DNA of 64,000 nucleotides, taken from contig CAZKLT010000002.1 in assembly GCA_964553825.1 (NCBI GenBank), forward strand, positions 66,068-130,067, given 5' to 3'. This document shows, in pieces, positions 1 to 9,712 of the stretch (position 1 is its first letter; the number at the start of each line of letters is the position of its first letter). The notes beneath the pieces were generated by a model that was not told the DNA's origin, made no database searches, and saw only the letters and a list, made by a program, of their open reading frames with translations. This stretch comes from an uncultured Gammaproteobacteria bacterium (GTDB lineage: Bacteria > Patescibacteriota > Microgenomatia > UBA10105 > UBA927). The translations under genes were made by a program, and so were the position numbers.

Positions 1-1683
1 AAAAAACTCGCTTTGCGTATAGTAAATAGACTTACCGAAAAAATTCTCGGCCGTAATCCGGTCATTGTAGTCAGAAAGAATTAACGGCCCGGTCACATTT
101 AAGAGATCAACGATAACAGGAACATTGATTGCGATAACGCCGTCAACCTGCTCCCCTGTCTCTTTTTCGTAAAACCATGCTGCCTGCTCTCCGCTCACCT
201 TAAAGTCTGGATCCCAGTTACTATCCCGCAAATACCAGTGTTCCTGCCCGATTATTTCTGCAATCGGTGCCGGTGGAGGCACGTGCCCCTTCAGTTGACC
301 ATCCACTGCATAGACGTCCTGAATGACGAAGTCAACCAATTTCCCCTGCTCAAACGAGAGCTTCGCAAGACTTCCGATAAAACCACCGGTCGGACGAAGC
401 TCGTTACTATTCTGAAGCAACACCAGATACGTCGTCGGCGTTTCGAACCCTGAAATTCTTGGATACAAAACAAGAAAATGATCAATGAGTCCGAATTGAC
501 GACGGACATCGGCCAGAATGGCGGCGATCTCTCTGCCCTTTTTCCCAACGGCTGGTATCGCAAACGGAAATGATTGTTCCTCAAGCATCACTTGAAGCTG
601 CGCCTGGGCCAATCCCAGAGACCCGTGCACTGATACGACCGAAAGTCGCAACTTCTCCATAAGCACTGCGGGTGAGCCTTCCTGTGCAACTCCCGGAGAC
701 AACAATAAAGACGCCGCCTGCCTTCCAGTGCCCACTAACTCATATGATTCCTTATATATAGTAGCTATGTCCCGAAAAAAAGAAAGCAACCGCTCCTGTC
801 CGCGAATCGTTTTCTCCGCCCCTACCGCTTGCAAAGCACTTCCGGTAATACCAAATGCCACTTCGCTCTGACGTAACCAATACAACGCAACGGAGTCAAA
901 TTTTTTTGCCCGCTCTATATTTCCACTTCTTAACTCCCTTCCGGCAAAACCAAAACCTGCCGCTGAAACCGCAATACTCACTGCATACCATAGCGGGGGC
1001 AGAAACAGTAAAAGCAGAAAAATGAAGAAAAATCCTATTCCTTTTCTCTGTTGTTTCCTTCGTGCCACTGAACGTCGTTCTTTTTCCTTTTTTCGTTTTT
1101 CGATGTCATCGGCTCCGAAAACGTCCTTGATCAATGTCTTTATCCGAATTGCATCGCTCTCTGATTCTTCTTGCATCCGTAAATGATCTTTCGCCGTTTG
1201 CTGAAAACGGGTCAAAACGGGAGCCGGTTCGCTCACCGTCATAATGGTATCGCCTACGGCCTGATGGGACGGCACATGTCTGTTTCGTCTTTTATCAAAG
1301 ACATCAGAATTTCCTGCAAAAAAGAAAGAAAAAATTTCTACGACATCCTGTTGACTTAATTGAATCGGATCGACGACAACGATTTTGTTTTTGTCTGATG
1401 CAAGACTTTTTGCGTCAGAAAAGGATGAATGAATGACAATCCCCAACTGTCGGATTGAGTGTTGGCCGGATGATTCAAGAATATGTTTCACAAATTCCGG
1501 AGACCCAGCGACAATATGGTAATCCACGGATCCCGATATGCCCTGATTGGAGATTACACGGCAACCGTTCGTCTCCAAATATTCCCGCAACGGAAAAATA
1601 AACATTTCATCCTGGCCGTCTATACGGGCCAATGGCAGTGCGTTTGTTTCGTCAACCGCGGAAGTGGTGTTGGCAGGATGCAT
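1..1683 (-). CDS. Large membrane-anchored protein, truncated at the window edge (C-terminus lies beyond position 1). It has an N-terminal cytoplasmic domain of about 180 aa, one strongly hydrophobic TM segment (FFFIFLLLLFLPPLWYAVSIAVSAAGFGF), then a large extracytoplasmic domain. Possibly DUF4012-like.
   Basis: Translated by hand from the minus strand. The ATG is at 1683..1681 (MHPANTTSAVDETNALPL...) and the reading frame stays open to position 1 (561 codons). The ORF track does not list it because no stop codon falls inside the window. The motif LRPTGGFIGS and the bitopic architecture recall envelope-associated DUF4012 proteins, but this assignment is uncertain. Confidence 0.55.
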   Translation of the reverse strand, partial: MHPANTTSAVDETNALPLARIDGQDEMFIFPLREYLETNGCRVISNQGISGSVDYHIVAGSPEFVKHILESSGQHSIRQLGIVIHSSFSDAKSLASDKNKIVVVDPIQLSQQDVVEIFSFFFAGNSDVFDKRRNRHVPSHQAVGDTIMTVSEPAPVLTRFQQTAKDHLRMQEESESDAIRIKTLIKDVFGADDIEKRKKEKERRSVARRKQQRKGIGFFFIFLLLLFLPPLWYAVSIAVSAAGFGFAGRELRSGNIERAKKFDSVALYWLRQSEVAFGITGSALQAVGAEKTIRGQERLLSFFRDIATIYKESYELVGTGRQAASLLLSPGVAQEGSPAVLMEKLRLSVVSVHGSLGLAQAQLQVMLEEQSFPFAIPAVGKKGREIAAILADVRRQFGLIDHFLVLYPRISGFETPTTYLVLLQNSNELRPTGGFIGSLAKLSFEQGKLVDFVIQDVYAVDGQLKGHVPPPAPIAEIIGQEHWYLRDSNWDPDFKVSGEQAAWFYEKETGEQVDGVIAINVPVIVDLLNVTGPLILSDYNDRITAENFFGKSIYYTQSEFF

Positions 1684-1806
1684 AATAAGGCAGCATTTTA
1701 TCCTTTCGTATTATGACAAAGAGATTGCCCGAAAACAACAGAAATCGAACCTCTTCTTTCACATATAATCGCTGGGCACCGACATGAGGCATGCTACAAT
1801 ATCCTT

Positions 1807-3048
1807 ATGCGTGGAGTTATTGCGCTCAATACGATAAGCCAGTTTCTCGGAAAAATTATTAGCGCTGGGACGACGTTTCTTATCACCTTGCTTCTGGCAA
1901 GACAGTTTGGCGTTTCAGGCTATGGGGATTTTGTAAAGGTTACCACGTATGTCGCCTTCTTTTTTCTTATTGCCGATTTTGGATTAAATGCCATCTATCT
2001 GCGCAAACAAAATGAACGTCAGGCTTTTGCCACACTCCTGGGCACTCGCACTATCCTGGCCGGAATACTGATATTTTTTTCCGTTGCCATTCTGGCATTT
2101 CTCCCTCAGGAGGCAACAGACGGCTATACAGCAGCGGTCAGACTTGGCATCATTCTCTTCTCTCCCGCCATTTTATTTCAGTCATTTATAACCACCGCAA
2201 ATGCCGTATTCCAAAAACGTTTACGATACGATATTGCGGCGGTCGCACTGACTGCTGGCAGCATGTGCGCTATCGGAGTCTTATGGATACTTCTCAAAAC
2301 CTCAGCGGGACCGGTATTTATTGGAATCATGGCACTCCTCTTGGGAAGCGCTGCTACGTCTCTGTTTGCTTTCCTTGGCACGAAAATACTAAAACAGGAA
2401 GTTACGGTATCTTTCTCTGCACGTACAAATCTCGCTTTTTTTATTGAATCGGTTCCTTTAGGGTTAACACTCCTTTTTACCCTTATTTACGGTCACATCG
2501 ACAGTGTCATTTTAACCCTCACCCGATCCACGGCAGAGGTCGGCATCTATGGACTTGCCTATAAAATTTTTGAGATGGCACTCGTTTTCCCTACCTTTTT
2601 CATGAACGCCCTCTATCCGGTCCTACTTACGACCAAGTCTCACCATGAACGGTTTATCACACTGCTGCGGCGGTCAGCGCTGTTTCTCGTGGGTGTGTCG
2701 TTTTTGGCAATGCTCGTCGTATGGTTTGCGGCTCCGCATGTCTCAAACATTCAGGTCGGGTTCGCGCAAAGCGTAACTCCTCTGCGGATTCTTTCCCTGA
2801 GCTTTCCGTTTTTCTTCATTTCGGCACTTACCATGTGGGCACTTATTGCATTAAGTAAGCAGCTTTGGCTCGTGGTCATCTATGGATCGGCTATGGTTAT
2901 CAACGTTTTTATGAATATACTTTTTATTCCGCGTTTTGGGTACATCGCGGCAGCGTGGACAACCGTTGCGTCCGAGGGGATAGTCCTGGTAGTATCAGGT
3001 ATCGTTTTACTAAAACTGCTGAATCAACATCAATCACATAACCCATGA
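1807..3048 (+). CDS. MOP-superfamily polysaccharide flippase (Wzx/MurJ-like, 'polysaccharide biosynthesis protein')
   Basis: 413 aa with about 12 predicted TM helices. The N-terminus (ISQFLGKIISAGTTFLITLLLARQFGVSGYGDF) is typical of Wzx/MOP exporters. It sits at the edge of glycan genes. Confidence 0.6.
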   Translation: MRGVIALNTISQFLGKIISAGTTFLITLLLARQFGVSGYGDFVKVTTYVAFFFLIADFGLNAIYLRKQNERQAFATLLGTRTILAGILIFFSVAILAFLPQEATDGYTAAVRLGIILFSPAILFQSFITTANAVFQKRLRYDIAAVALTAGSMCAIGVLWILLKTSAGPVFIGIMALLLGSAATSLFAFLGTKILKQEVTVSFSARTNLAFFIESVPLGLTLLFTLIYGHIDSVILTLTRSTAEVGIYGLAYKIFEMALVFPTFFMNALYPVLLTTKSHHERFITLLRRSALFLVGVSFLAMLVVWFAAPHVSNIQVGFAQSVTPLRILSLSFPFFFISALTMWALIALSKQLWLVVIYGSAMVINVFMNILFIPRFGYIAAAWTTVASEGIVLVVSGIVLLKLLNQHQSHNP

Positions 3049-3446
3049 AGCTTATTATTCACACGGACGGAGGCGCTCGCGGAAATCCTGGACCGGCAGC
3101 CATTGGCGTTACTATTACACAGGATGGGAGAACGATCGGGGAGATCAGCAAAACAATAGGGGACGCCACAAATAATGTCGCTGAATATCGTGCTGTCGTA
3201 GAGGCGCTTCTTTGGATAGAGGACTCGGGCATTCATCCGCAGGAGATTGCCTTTTTTCTTGATTCAACCCTTGTTGTTAATCAGCTCAACGGAATTTTCA
3301 AGATAAAGGAACCACATCTTCGCGAGCTTCTTTTGCGGATACGACATCTGGAACAGGGAATCACCGCAACAATCAGTTATACCGCTGTCCGGCGGGAATT
3401 CAACAAGCGTGCGGACTTTCTTGTAAATCAGGCCCTGGATGCATGA
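3045..3446 (+). CDS. rnhA: Ribonuclease HI (RNase H type 1)
   Basis: 133 aa. The motifs HTDGGARGNPGPAA, NNVAEYRAVVEAL and ADFLVNQAL carry the RNase H catalytic DEDD context. The start overlaps the flippase stop (ATGA coupling). Confidence 0.75.
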   Translation: MKLIIHTDGGARGNPGPAAIGVTITQDGRTIGEISKTIGDATNNVAEYRAVVEALLWIEDSGIHPQEIAFFLDSTLVVNQLNGIFKIKEPHLRELLLRIRHLEQGITATISYTAVRREFNKRADFLVNQALDA

Positions 3447-4630
3447 CGGGAAGCACCCTTTGTGACCAAACAAAGTGCTATAACAATGGTGAAAAGAATT
3501 CTGCCCTGCTGAAGCGTCAGGAAATAGTGATCAACAAACCCCAACAGGAGCACGACAACAAGACTGACTGAGGGATTCATGTGTTTACGGATACGCCACA
3601 ATAGGTAAAGCACTCCCGCAGCTCCGACGAGTCCGATTTCCGATAGCAATAAAAGATAGATATTGTGCACGGGTTGAAGAAAATAGATTGTTCGCGAAGG
3701 GAGCAGGTCGGGGAGTGCGATTAAAAAATTTCCTAACCCGACGCCAAAAAGAGGAGCGCTCGTGATCATAGTAAGCGCAGAAGTGTTCAGTTGGCTTCTT
3801 ATAACGTACGATTCATCCGTTAGGGAAAATGGCACAAAGAACAGCACAAGAAGGGGAATAAAGAAAAAAATTCGTGCCTTCTTCCATAGCCACCAACTGA
3901 GACCTAGGAGCGATAATACGAATGCGCTCCGACTAAATGTCGTCAATAGTGCTATCGCACTAACTGAAATTAGCATCAATCGATATCTGCTCACCGCTCG
4001 CGCCTTATCAACAAGTTTTGCGGACAAAATCAGAGGCACGGCTACCGTCAAAAATCCACCCAATACGTTAGGGTGGGGGAATGTGCTGTATGCACGTAGC
4101 AGTTCGCGCCCAAAAACAGATGTCCTGGCGATCCCCGGGGTATCAATCGCAAATGTGCGCTCACCCAATACCCATAATGGTCCACCAATAGACCGCTGGA
4201 AAATAAATTGTCCGAGTGCAACAACGGAAGACACAAATACGGCAGCACTCAGTGGCTTACTCATGTACTCGACCGTTACCTTTGTTTTGACAATATAGGC
4301 TCCTAGGAGAAAAAATTCTGCAAATTTCAGCCAATGATAGGCGGCCACCATTTGATTTTCTGCAAAAACAATATTCATGCTGACAAAACCGACAAAGAGA
4401 AACACGCCATACACCATCCTGCGTAGTAACGCATACAAACCCTTGATGCTCATTGTTCTGAGCCAGAAAATAATCAAAAGCAAGATAAGAATATCCGTCA
4501 GATGGAGCGTCGGGGAAAGGAAGTCTACCCGTCGGCCCAATACCAATGCCCACGATGGCCAAAGATGATATCCTAGCTGAACAGGGAGGAGAATGATAAG
4601 GAGGGAAAAAATGGCGCGATGCATCCCCAT
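3428..4630 (-). CDS. Polytopic membrane protein, O-antigen ligase/polymerase (Wzy_C)-like
   Basis: 400 aa with about 10 TM helices and a large loop, an architecture typical of the O-antigen ligase / Wzy family. This is a fold and architecture call, not a motif match. Confidence 0.4.
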   Translation of the reverse strand: MGMHRAIFSLLIILLPVQLGYHLWPSWALVLGRRVDFLSPTLHLTDILILLLIIFWLRTMSIKGLYALLRRMVYGVFLFVGFVSMNIVFAENQMVAAYHWLKFAEFFLLGAYIVKTKVTVEYMSKPLSAAVFVSSVVALGQFIFQRSIGGPLWVLGERTFAIDTPGIARTSVFGRELLRAYSTFPHPNVLGGFLTVAVPLILSAKLVDKARAVSRYRLMLISVSAIALLTTFSRSAFVLSLLGLSWWLWKKARIFFFIPLLVLFFVPFSLTDESYVIRSQLNTSALTMITSAPLFGVGLGNFLIALPDLLPSRTIYFLQPVHNIYLLLLSEIGLVGAAGVLYLLWRIRKHMNPSVSLVVVLLLGFVDHYFLTLQQGRILFTIVIALCLVTKGASRHASRA

Positions 4631-4642
4631 CAGTATAGGGGA

Positions 4643-5095
4643 TTATGCCTTTGGTTTCACCAGCAGTGTACGACTGACACCTTCACCAACTGATTCCGTC
4701 TCGACACGATCATCACCGGAAAGGGTGAGATGAACAACGCGACGCTCAGATGCGGATAAGTGTGAAAGCTCAATGGCTCGCCCCTGCGTAATTGCACGAT
4801 CTGCAGCCTGCTGTGCCATAAGCATGAGCGCCTCTTCGCGCTTCTCACGGTAGTCACCTACATTGACATACACTTTTACCCATGAATCTAATGCCTTAGA
4901 AACAAGAAGTCCGAGAATAATCTGCAAACTCTCCAACGTTCTGCCATGAAATCCAATAAGAAGCCCTGTCTCTTCTGTTTCAATATGCACCCGGTAGGCA
5001 TCCGTTTCATCAATATCTACTGATACGCTACCTGAAATACCCAAGCGGGTAAGTAGGTCTTCGGTAATCTGCTGGACTTGATCCTTAGCTTCCAT
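4643..5095 (-). CDS. jag: Jag/KhpB RNA-binding protein (KH + R3H domains)
   Basis: 150 aa carrying a KH-like segment (GLLIGFHGRTLESLQ) and an R3H-like C-terminus. It lies immediately downstream of yidC, as in the canonical rpmH-rnpA-yidD-yidC-jag cluster. Confidence 0.8.
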   Translation of the reverse strand: MEAKDQVQQITEDLLTRLGISGSVSVDIDETDAYRVHIETEETGLLIGFHGRTLESLQIILGLLVSKALDSWVKVYVNVGDYREKREEALMLMAQQAADRAITQGRAIELSHLSASERRVVHLTLSGDDRVETESVGEGVSRTLLVKPKA

Positions 5096-5098
5096 ATA

Positions 5099-5947
5099 TT
5101 ATTTCTCTCGATTTACCGCGAGTTGTTGGATAATACCAAATATTCCAAATACATTCCAGTAGAGGGCCAGCCCCAACGGAAACTGAAAGGCGAAATATCC
5201 GAACATAATGGGCGTTATGATCATCATCTGTCTCTGAATATCACCAGCCATATCTTCCGGTTTCTTTTCAGCTTGAACTGATGCGGGCTTTTTGTCCTTC
5301 TTTTTTCTGCTGGCGTCTTCTACGATCGTATCCAACACTCGATCTCCACTCTTCGTGGGTGGCATCATGAGCTTGCTTTGCCAATACTGAAGCGCTGCAG
5401 TTATCAGAGGAATCGAAAGAAGCCACCACCCATCAGTCTGCCAAGCAGAAGGCTTCAATCCCAGATTTACGCCAAAAAATCCCAAATCAAGTGTGCTGAC
5501 ATGAAGCCAAGGCGCATAAAGTACGGCATTAAGCTCTGATACGAGCTTTTCCAGATTGCCGTTATTCAGCACATGATAAAACACGTTATACAGCGCGATA
5601 AGAACGGGCATTTGGATAAGAAGCGGGAGACATCCGGCAGCCGGATTTACTCCATGCTCCTTATATAACGCAAGCTGTGCCTGTTGAAGCGCCTGCTTGT
5701 CGTTTTTGTGCTTATCATTAAGCGCATCCAGGTGAGGCTTCATTTGGGCCATCTTTTTGGCCGACCGGAGCTGGGCCTGCATAAGCGGGTACAGAACCAC
5801 TCGGATGAGGATAGTCAGGCCTATTACCGCAAAACCAAGCGGCCCTGGGACATGAAGCCACTCAAACATCTTATACAAACCAATAAGCACATTAATGATT
5901 GGCCAGACAAGCAGTTGATTCCAAAGATTCGGATCGGTCATAGACAA
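5099..5947 (-). CDS. yidC: Membrane protein insertase YidC/Oxa1 family (short, Gram-positive-type)
   Basis: 282 aa with multiple TM helices and a conserved C-terminal basic tail (KKKDKKPASVQAEKKPED). It sits between yidD and jag. Confidence 0.85.
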   Translation of the reverse strand: MSMTDPNLWNQLLVWPIINVLIGLYKMFEWLHVPGPLGFAVIGLTILIRVVLYPLMQAQLRSAKKMAQMKPHLDALNDKHKNDKQALQQAQLALYKEHGVNPAAGCLPLLIQMPVLIALYNVFYHVLNNGNLEKLVSELNAVLYAPWLHVSTLDLGFFGVNLGLKPSAWQTDGWWLLSIPLITAALQYWQSKLMMPPTKSGDRVLDTIVEDASRKKKDKKPASVQAEKKPEDMAGDIQRQMMIITPIMFGYFAFQFPLGLALYWNVFGIFGIIQQLAVNREK

Positions 5948-6181
5948 TTACACTGGATCGTATCCACCTGGATTCCACGGGTGGCAACGAATAATGCGTT
6001 TCACTCCTAAAAGCGATCCTCGTAGTATACCATAGCGGCTGATTGCTTGGTACGTATACTCACTGCAGGTTGGCCGGAAACGACAGGCGCCATCAACAAG
6101 CCAAAGCGCTTTGAGCGCCCCTGTGTCCGGTGACAGATATCGCTGATACAGCCGGATGAGAAATAACACGGACTGTTTCAT
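5948..6181 (-). CDS. yidD: Membrane protein insertion efficiency factor YidD
   Basis: Conserved YidD motifs: [11 protein letters not shown] ... [10 protein letters not shown] ... [15 protein letters not shown]. The ORF-track ORF 5948..6298 extends upstream into rnpA. The internal Met ([18 protein letters not shown]) at 6181 gives the canonical ~77-aa protein. Confidence 0.85.
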   Translation of the reverse strand: MKQSVLFLIRLYQRYLSPDTGALKALWLVDGACRFRPTCSEYTYQAISRYGILRGSLLGVKRIIRCHPWNPGGYDPV

Positions 6182-6191
6182 AATAACGCGG

Positions 6192-6536
6192 TTACGTTGC
6201 TTTTTTCGGTAGCAACATCCCGAAGGTTTCCCAAATATCATCATTGACCGCTGATTGAGATAACCCAACGAGACGCTTATTTGCAATAAGAACCCCATCT
6301 ATCGGATGGGGTATCGCTGCAACTATCGCGCCTACTGACTGCCGAAGAAGTCGTCGCACACGATTGCGTGTTACTGCTTTTTTGTCCACTTTTGTTGAGA
6401 CGATAAAACTGAACCTGCTGACTGCTGCTGTACCCGTTTTATATACAAGCGTAAACCCATTTCGACCTATGCGCGCTCCGCTTTTCATGACACGCGGAAT
6501 TTCTTTCGTAGGAAGCCTGTGAGAAGAGGGGAGCAT
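6192..6536 (-). CDS. rnpA: Ribonuclease P protein component
   Basis: 114 aa, basic, with the RnpA signature ([10 protein letters not shown] ...). It sits between rpmH and yidD. Confidence 0.85.
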   Translation of the reverse strand: MLPSSHRLPTKEIPRVMKSGARIGRNGFTLVYKTGTAAVSRFSFIVSTKVDKKAVTRNRVRRLLRQSVGAIVAAIPHPIDGVLIANKRLVGLSQSAVNDDIWETFGMLLPKKAT

Positions 6537-6545
6537 GGACCGATT

Positions 6546-6683
6546 TTATACTGTCAGCCGTTTTCTGCCTGTCGCACGACGCTGCTTAAGGACACGCCTT
6601 CCGGTATGCGTCGCCATGCGCTTACGAAATCCGTGTTTACGCACACGTTTGCCTTTTTTGGGTTGATAGACTCGCTTCACCAT
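6546..6683 (-). CDS. rpmH: 50S ribosomal protein L34
   Basis: Hand translation of the minus strand gives [45 protein letters not shown], a near-consensus L34. It is too short (45 aa) to appear in the ORF track. Confidence 0.9.
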   Translation of the reverse strand: MVKRVYQPKKGKRVRKHGFRKRMATHTGRRVLKQRRATGRKRLTV

Positions 6684-6719
6684 GTTGCTAAGTATATCGG
6701 ATTTTCGACAAAAAGTCTA

Positions 6720-8060
6720 TCAATTCGTTCCTTTTCTGTACCCGAAAAGTTCGTATACTGCCCCGCCACCCAAACGGAAAAAAAGAATCGATAACGCATA
6801 TCCCTGAATTATCGATATTCCGGAAACGAATGGCAGATAGTATCGCGACCAATCATTACGTAAGTACCACACCAATGCAACAAAGGTAAAGGATATCCAA
6901 AGCGGAAGAACCGCCAGTTTCGGAAATATCTCGCCGGGCTTCCAAGACGCAAACAGTGAGCGTACCATATAAAATCCTCCCCAGAGGAAGAGAATTGCAT
7001 CGATGGGCAGCAAGGCATTGGAAAAATTCCCAAATTGCGCATTTGGCAATAGCGTTCGGACAAAAATATACCACAAGGCATGCGCCCTGGTAGGAAGGAA
7101 CGTATCTGGATACTCTACAGCGTATGCTGTGCGCGCCACGTCAAACCGTGCCTGATACATGTAGACGAGCTTATGCAGCGTGTCTACATAAAGAAAGGGA
7201 TGTAACACATAAAATACGACGCTGAAAACGAATCCGGTAACAATCATCTGCGTGAAAAGCTGACGTCGAAAAACACTATCACGACAACTCAGAAGCATAA
7301 AACCGTGGTGAACAAGGACAAAAAGAAACGCAAGTACTCCTGTCACCTTCACTCCCGCAGCAAGTGCGGCACTGAATCCAACGGCAACGCTGATGAGGTA
7401 AAGTTTTTTTTGCGATCTATGACTCCATGCCTCCCGCCAAATGAGCAGAAGAAGAATCGTGCAAAGGAAAAAGGCAAGCTGCATGGTATCTGTCATCGCA
7501 AATCCCGAATGCAAGCGAAACAACGTGTTCCCAGCCAATAATAGAGCCGCAAAAAATCCAAACACGGATGACCAGACTGCAGTACCGATAAGAAACATAA
7601 GTATCACTGATACAGCGCCAAACAGTACGGCGACGCGCCGCGCAGTCATAATGAAGGAAAGACTCTGGGACAATTCCGGGGGAAATTCCCTAGGCTCCCG
7701 CAACCACAATTCAACCCACCACGGACGACCATGTATCGTAATGGTGTTAAATCCGCTCTGGCTCAGCGCATTCTCTATACGGGAAACACCGGAAAGATGC
7801 AGCGCCAATCCAAATATATAGGGCCCAACTTTTGGTTGAGGGGCATCCGATTCGATCGCTGCATCCGTCCAGAGCGGTGCATCAATGTTTCTATCAAGAA
7901 AGTACGTATCAAATAGGTAGCTTTTTCGGACAAACTCATATTCATCGATAAAAAAAACCTGCTTCTCAACTATCGGTGCCAGGGGTACCCAGGCCATAAC
8001 GAGCACAACGAAAAAGAGGATGATGTCAAGCGCACGCTCGCGCACAAATTGTATGCCCAT
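6720..8060 (-). CDS. Polytopic integral membrane protein, possible GT-C-fold glycosyltransferase or DUF membrane protein
   Basis: 446 aa. One N-terminal TM, a soluble stretch of about 130 aa, then at least 8 TM helices. No definitive motif was recognised. Confidence 0.3.
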   Translation of the reverse strand: MGIQFVRERALDIILFFVVLVMAWVPLAPIVEKQVFFIDEYEFVRKSYLFDTYFLDRNIDAPLWTDAAIESDAPQPKVGPYIFGLALHLSGVSRIENALSQSGFNTITIHGRPWWVELWLREPREFPPELSQSLSFIMTARRVAVLFGAVSVILMFLIGTAVWSSVFGFFAALLLAGNTLFRLHSGFAMTDTMQLAFFLCTILLLLIWREAWSHRSQKKLYLISVAVGFSAALAAGVKVTGVLAFLFVLVHHGFMLLSCRDSVFRRQLFTQMIVTGFVFSVVFYVLHPFLYVDTLHKLVYMYQARFDVARTAYAVEYPDTFLPTRAHALWYIFVRTLLPNAQFGNFSNALLPIDAILFLWGGFYMVRSLFASWKPGEIFPKLAVLPLWISFTFVALVWYLRNDWSRYYLPFVSGISIIQGYALSILFFRLGGGAVYELFGYRKGTN

Positions 8061-8063
8061 TGC

Positions 8064-9710
8064 TTACGGAGCCACTTCCTGCCACGTCATGGGGATATCG
8101 CGCATTTCGTCCGGCATGGTCAACAGGAGCTGTGGGTTATAAATAAACAATTCCGAAGCTGTTGTGTCATTGGCGCTCACGCTATCCAAATCTCGTGCCA
8201 AATTGAAATTACCGGCGATAAAAATTCCCTCGGCAACAAATCGCTCGGACCCCGCTACTGACGAGGTGCCCGTAGAAAATGTTCCGGAGGGAGATGTAAT
8301 ATAGACGCCCTCAACCACTGGCGCCGATGACGCGGCGCTCCCTCCAACGCTCGGATCCACGACTATGTCTCCGTTGACGATGAAAGAAACAAATCCTGTC
8401 CCGCTGAGATTAATATCCTGATTAATCGTGAGGTTGCCATTGACGAGTACCACGATGCTTTCGCCTGGGGCAACACTCCAGGGATTGGTATCTATCGTAA
8501 GATTACCATCGACATAATACGTTCCGTTTGCGAGCTTACCGGTGAATGTCGTGTCTCCGCTATAGTCAGGATCCGGCGAATCATATCGGTGATACATGAT
8601 GGCATAAAAATCGGTGGGGGAATACGTTTCATTCACGAGCCACCCCGTCGATGAAATGTATGCCTCTCCCAAACCTCCAGAATCGCTATCGAAGTCATAC
8701 GAAACCCCATAGCTGGCAACGCCCGGAAGTCCAGCGCCTCCATTGAGAAGTCCATACCTCGGTGTTGCTAGGGGTGGAATAGGGGAAGAAAGACCGCTTG
8801 CGGCATAAACATCCCCGTCACTGGTCTGAAACCATGAGGTTCCAAAGGTATACCCCAAATCCCATGTTAACGTTGTGTTATTTGACAGATCCGCAGTAAG
8901 GGAAGACCCTTGAGCGGCAGGAACATCGGTTTGCCAGCAGGCGTACCGCAGAACATACCCTGCCGAAGCCGCACTTGCCAGTGTATACGTATCGACAAAG
9001 GCCCCTCCCCATGCCGCATAGGCGCCTCCTGCCGCAACCTGCGAGCCTGGTGCAACATTAGGGGAAAGCGACATTGTAGCGGAAAGATAGTCAGTGCTTG
9101 CACGCACCTCGGCACATGTCGTTGCAGAAGCGGGAATGATAACTGCCCGAGCCTGAATCGTGCCAGAGGCCGGAACGCCACCCGTTGGTGTAGGCGTACT
9201 TCCAGCGTAGCCTCCCTCGCTATAGCTATACGATCCGCCGCCAGGACAGGAACTGCAGCTTACGCCGCCACAATCATCCACGCTGCCGCAGCCGCCCGGA
9301 CAGCCGCCCAGGCCACACGTTGGGCTGCACGAAATGGCATTGCAGCCGACGTTACAACTGGACAATGTTGAGCATGCGCCGCCGTTTTCTATACAATCAT
9401 CGAGCTCTTGGCATGTGGATGTTTCGGTACACTTCCAATATTGGACCCACTGTTGCGTTGGGCCGCATCCGTTTACACCACATCCCTGATCCTCTGCGCA
9501 ATTCTTCGTATAACCGATTCCCGTAGGCGCTGGTCCACAACAGGTATCACCGTTGGTACACACACCTATCGAGACTTCTCCAGATGAACATCCACTACTG
9601 CGACAAGATCCGCTGCATCCGTTATACTGCGCAGACACCGGATGAGCAACCATAGATAGCAACGTCGCTACGGATAAAAGGAATAAAATAAATACTTTCA
9701 TTATTCTCAT
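8064..9710 (-). CDS. Secreted cysteine/glycine-rich protein with a C-terminal parallel beta-helix-like domain
   Basis: Signal peptide MRIMKVFILFLLSVATLLSMVAHPVSA. It is followed by about 150 aa with about 45 Cys (CSGSCRSSGCSSGEV... CGPAPTG... CPGGCGSVDDCGGVSCSSCPGGG), then a TPTPTGG linker. NxT/G-rich repeats follow (VNGNLTINQDINLSGTGFVSFIVNGDIVVD), typical of right-handed beta-helix proteins. Confidence 0.5.
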   Translation of the reverse strand: MRIMKVFILFLLSVATLLSMVAHPVSAQYNGCSGSCRSSGCSSGEVSIGVCTNGDTCCGPAPTGIGYTKNCAEDQGCGVNGCGPTQQWVQYWKCTETSTCQELDDCIENGGACSTLSSCNVGCNAISCSPTCGLGGCPGGCGSVDDCGGVSCSSCPGGGSYSYSEGGYAGSTPTPTGGVPASGTIQARAVIIPASATTCAEVRASTDYLSATMSLSPNVAPGSQVAAGGAYAAWGGAFVDTYTLASAASAGYVLRYACWQTDVPAAQGSSLTADLSNNTTLTWDLGYTFGTSWFQTSDGDVYAASGLSSPIPPLATPRYGLLNGGAGLPGVASYGVSYDFDSDSGGLGEAYISSTGWLVNETYSPTDFYAIMYHRYDSPDPDYSGDTTFTGKLANGTYYVDGNLTIDTNPWSVAPGESIVVLVNGNLTINQDINLSGTGFVSFIVNGDIVVDPSVGGSAASSAPVVEGVYITSPSGTFSTGTSSVAGSERFVAEGIFIAGNFNLARDLDSVSANDTTASELFIYNPQLLLTMPDEMRDIPMTWQEVAP

Positions 9711-9712
9711 GT

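Noticed and set aside
3762-4298. 178-aa plus-strand ORF lying antisense inside the Wzy-like gene 3428..4630
   Set aside because: It is entirely embedded in a longer, well-behaved membrane-protein ORF on the other strand. It has no motifs and a low-complexity composition. Such mirror ORFs are common in hydrophobic genes.
8910-9371. 153-aa plus-strand ORF, Arg/Cys-rich, inside the Cys-rich secreted protein gene
   Set aside because: Its sequence is a reflection of the GC-rich Cys/Gly codon repeats (gcagcc / ggctgc) of the minus-strand gene. The minus-strand frame has a signal peptide and a coherent domain structure.
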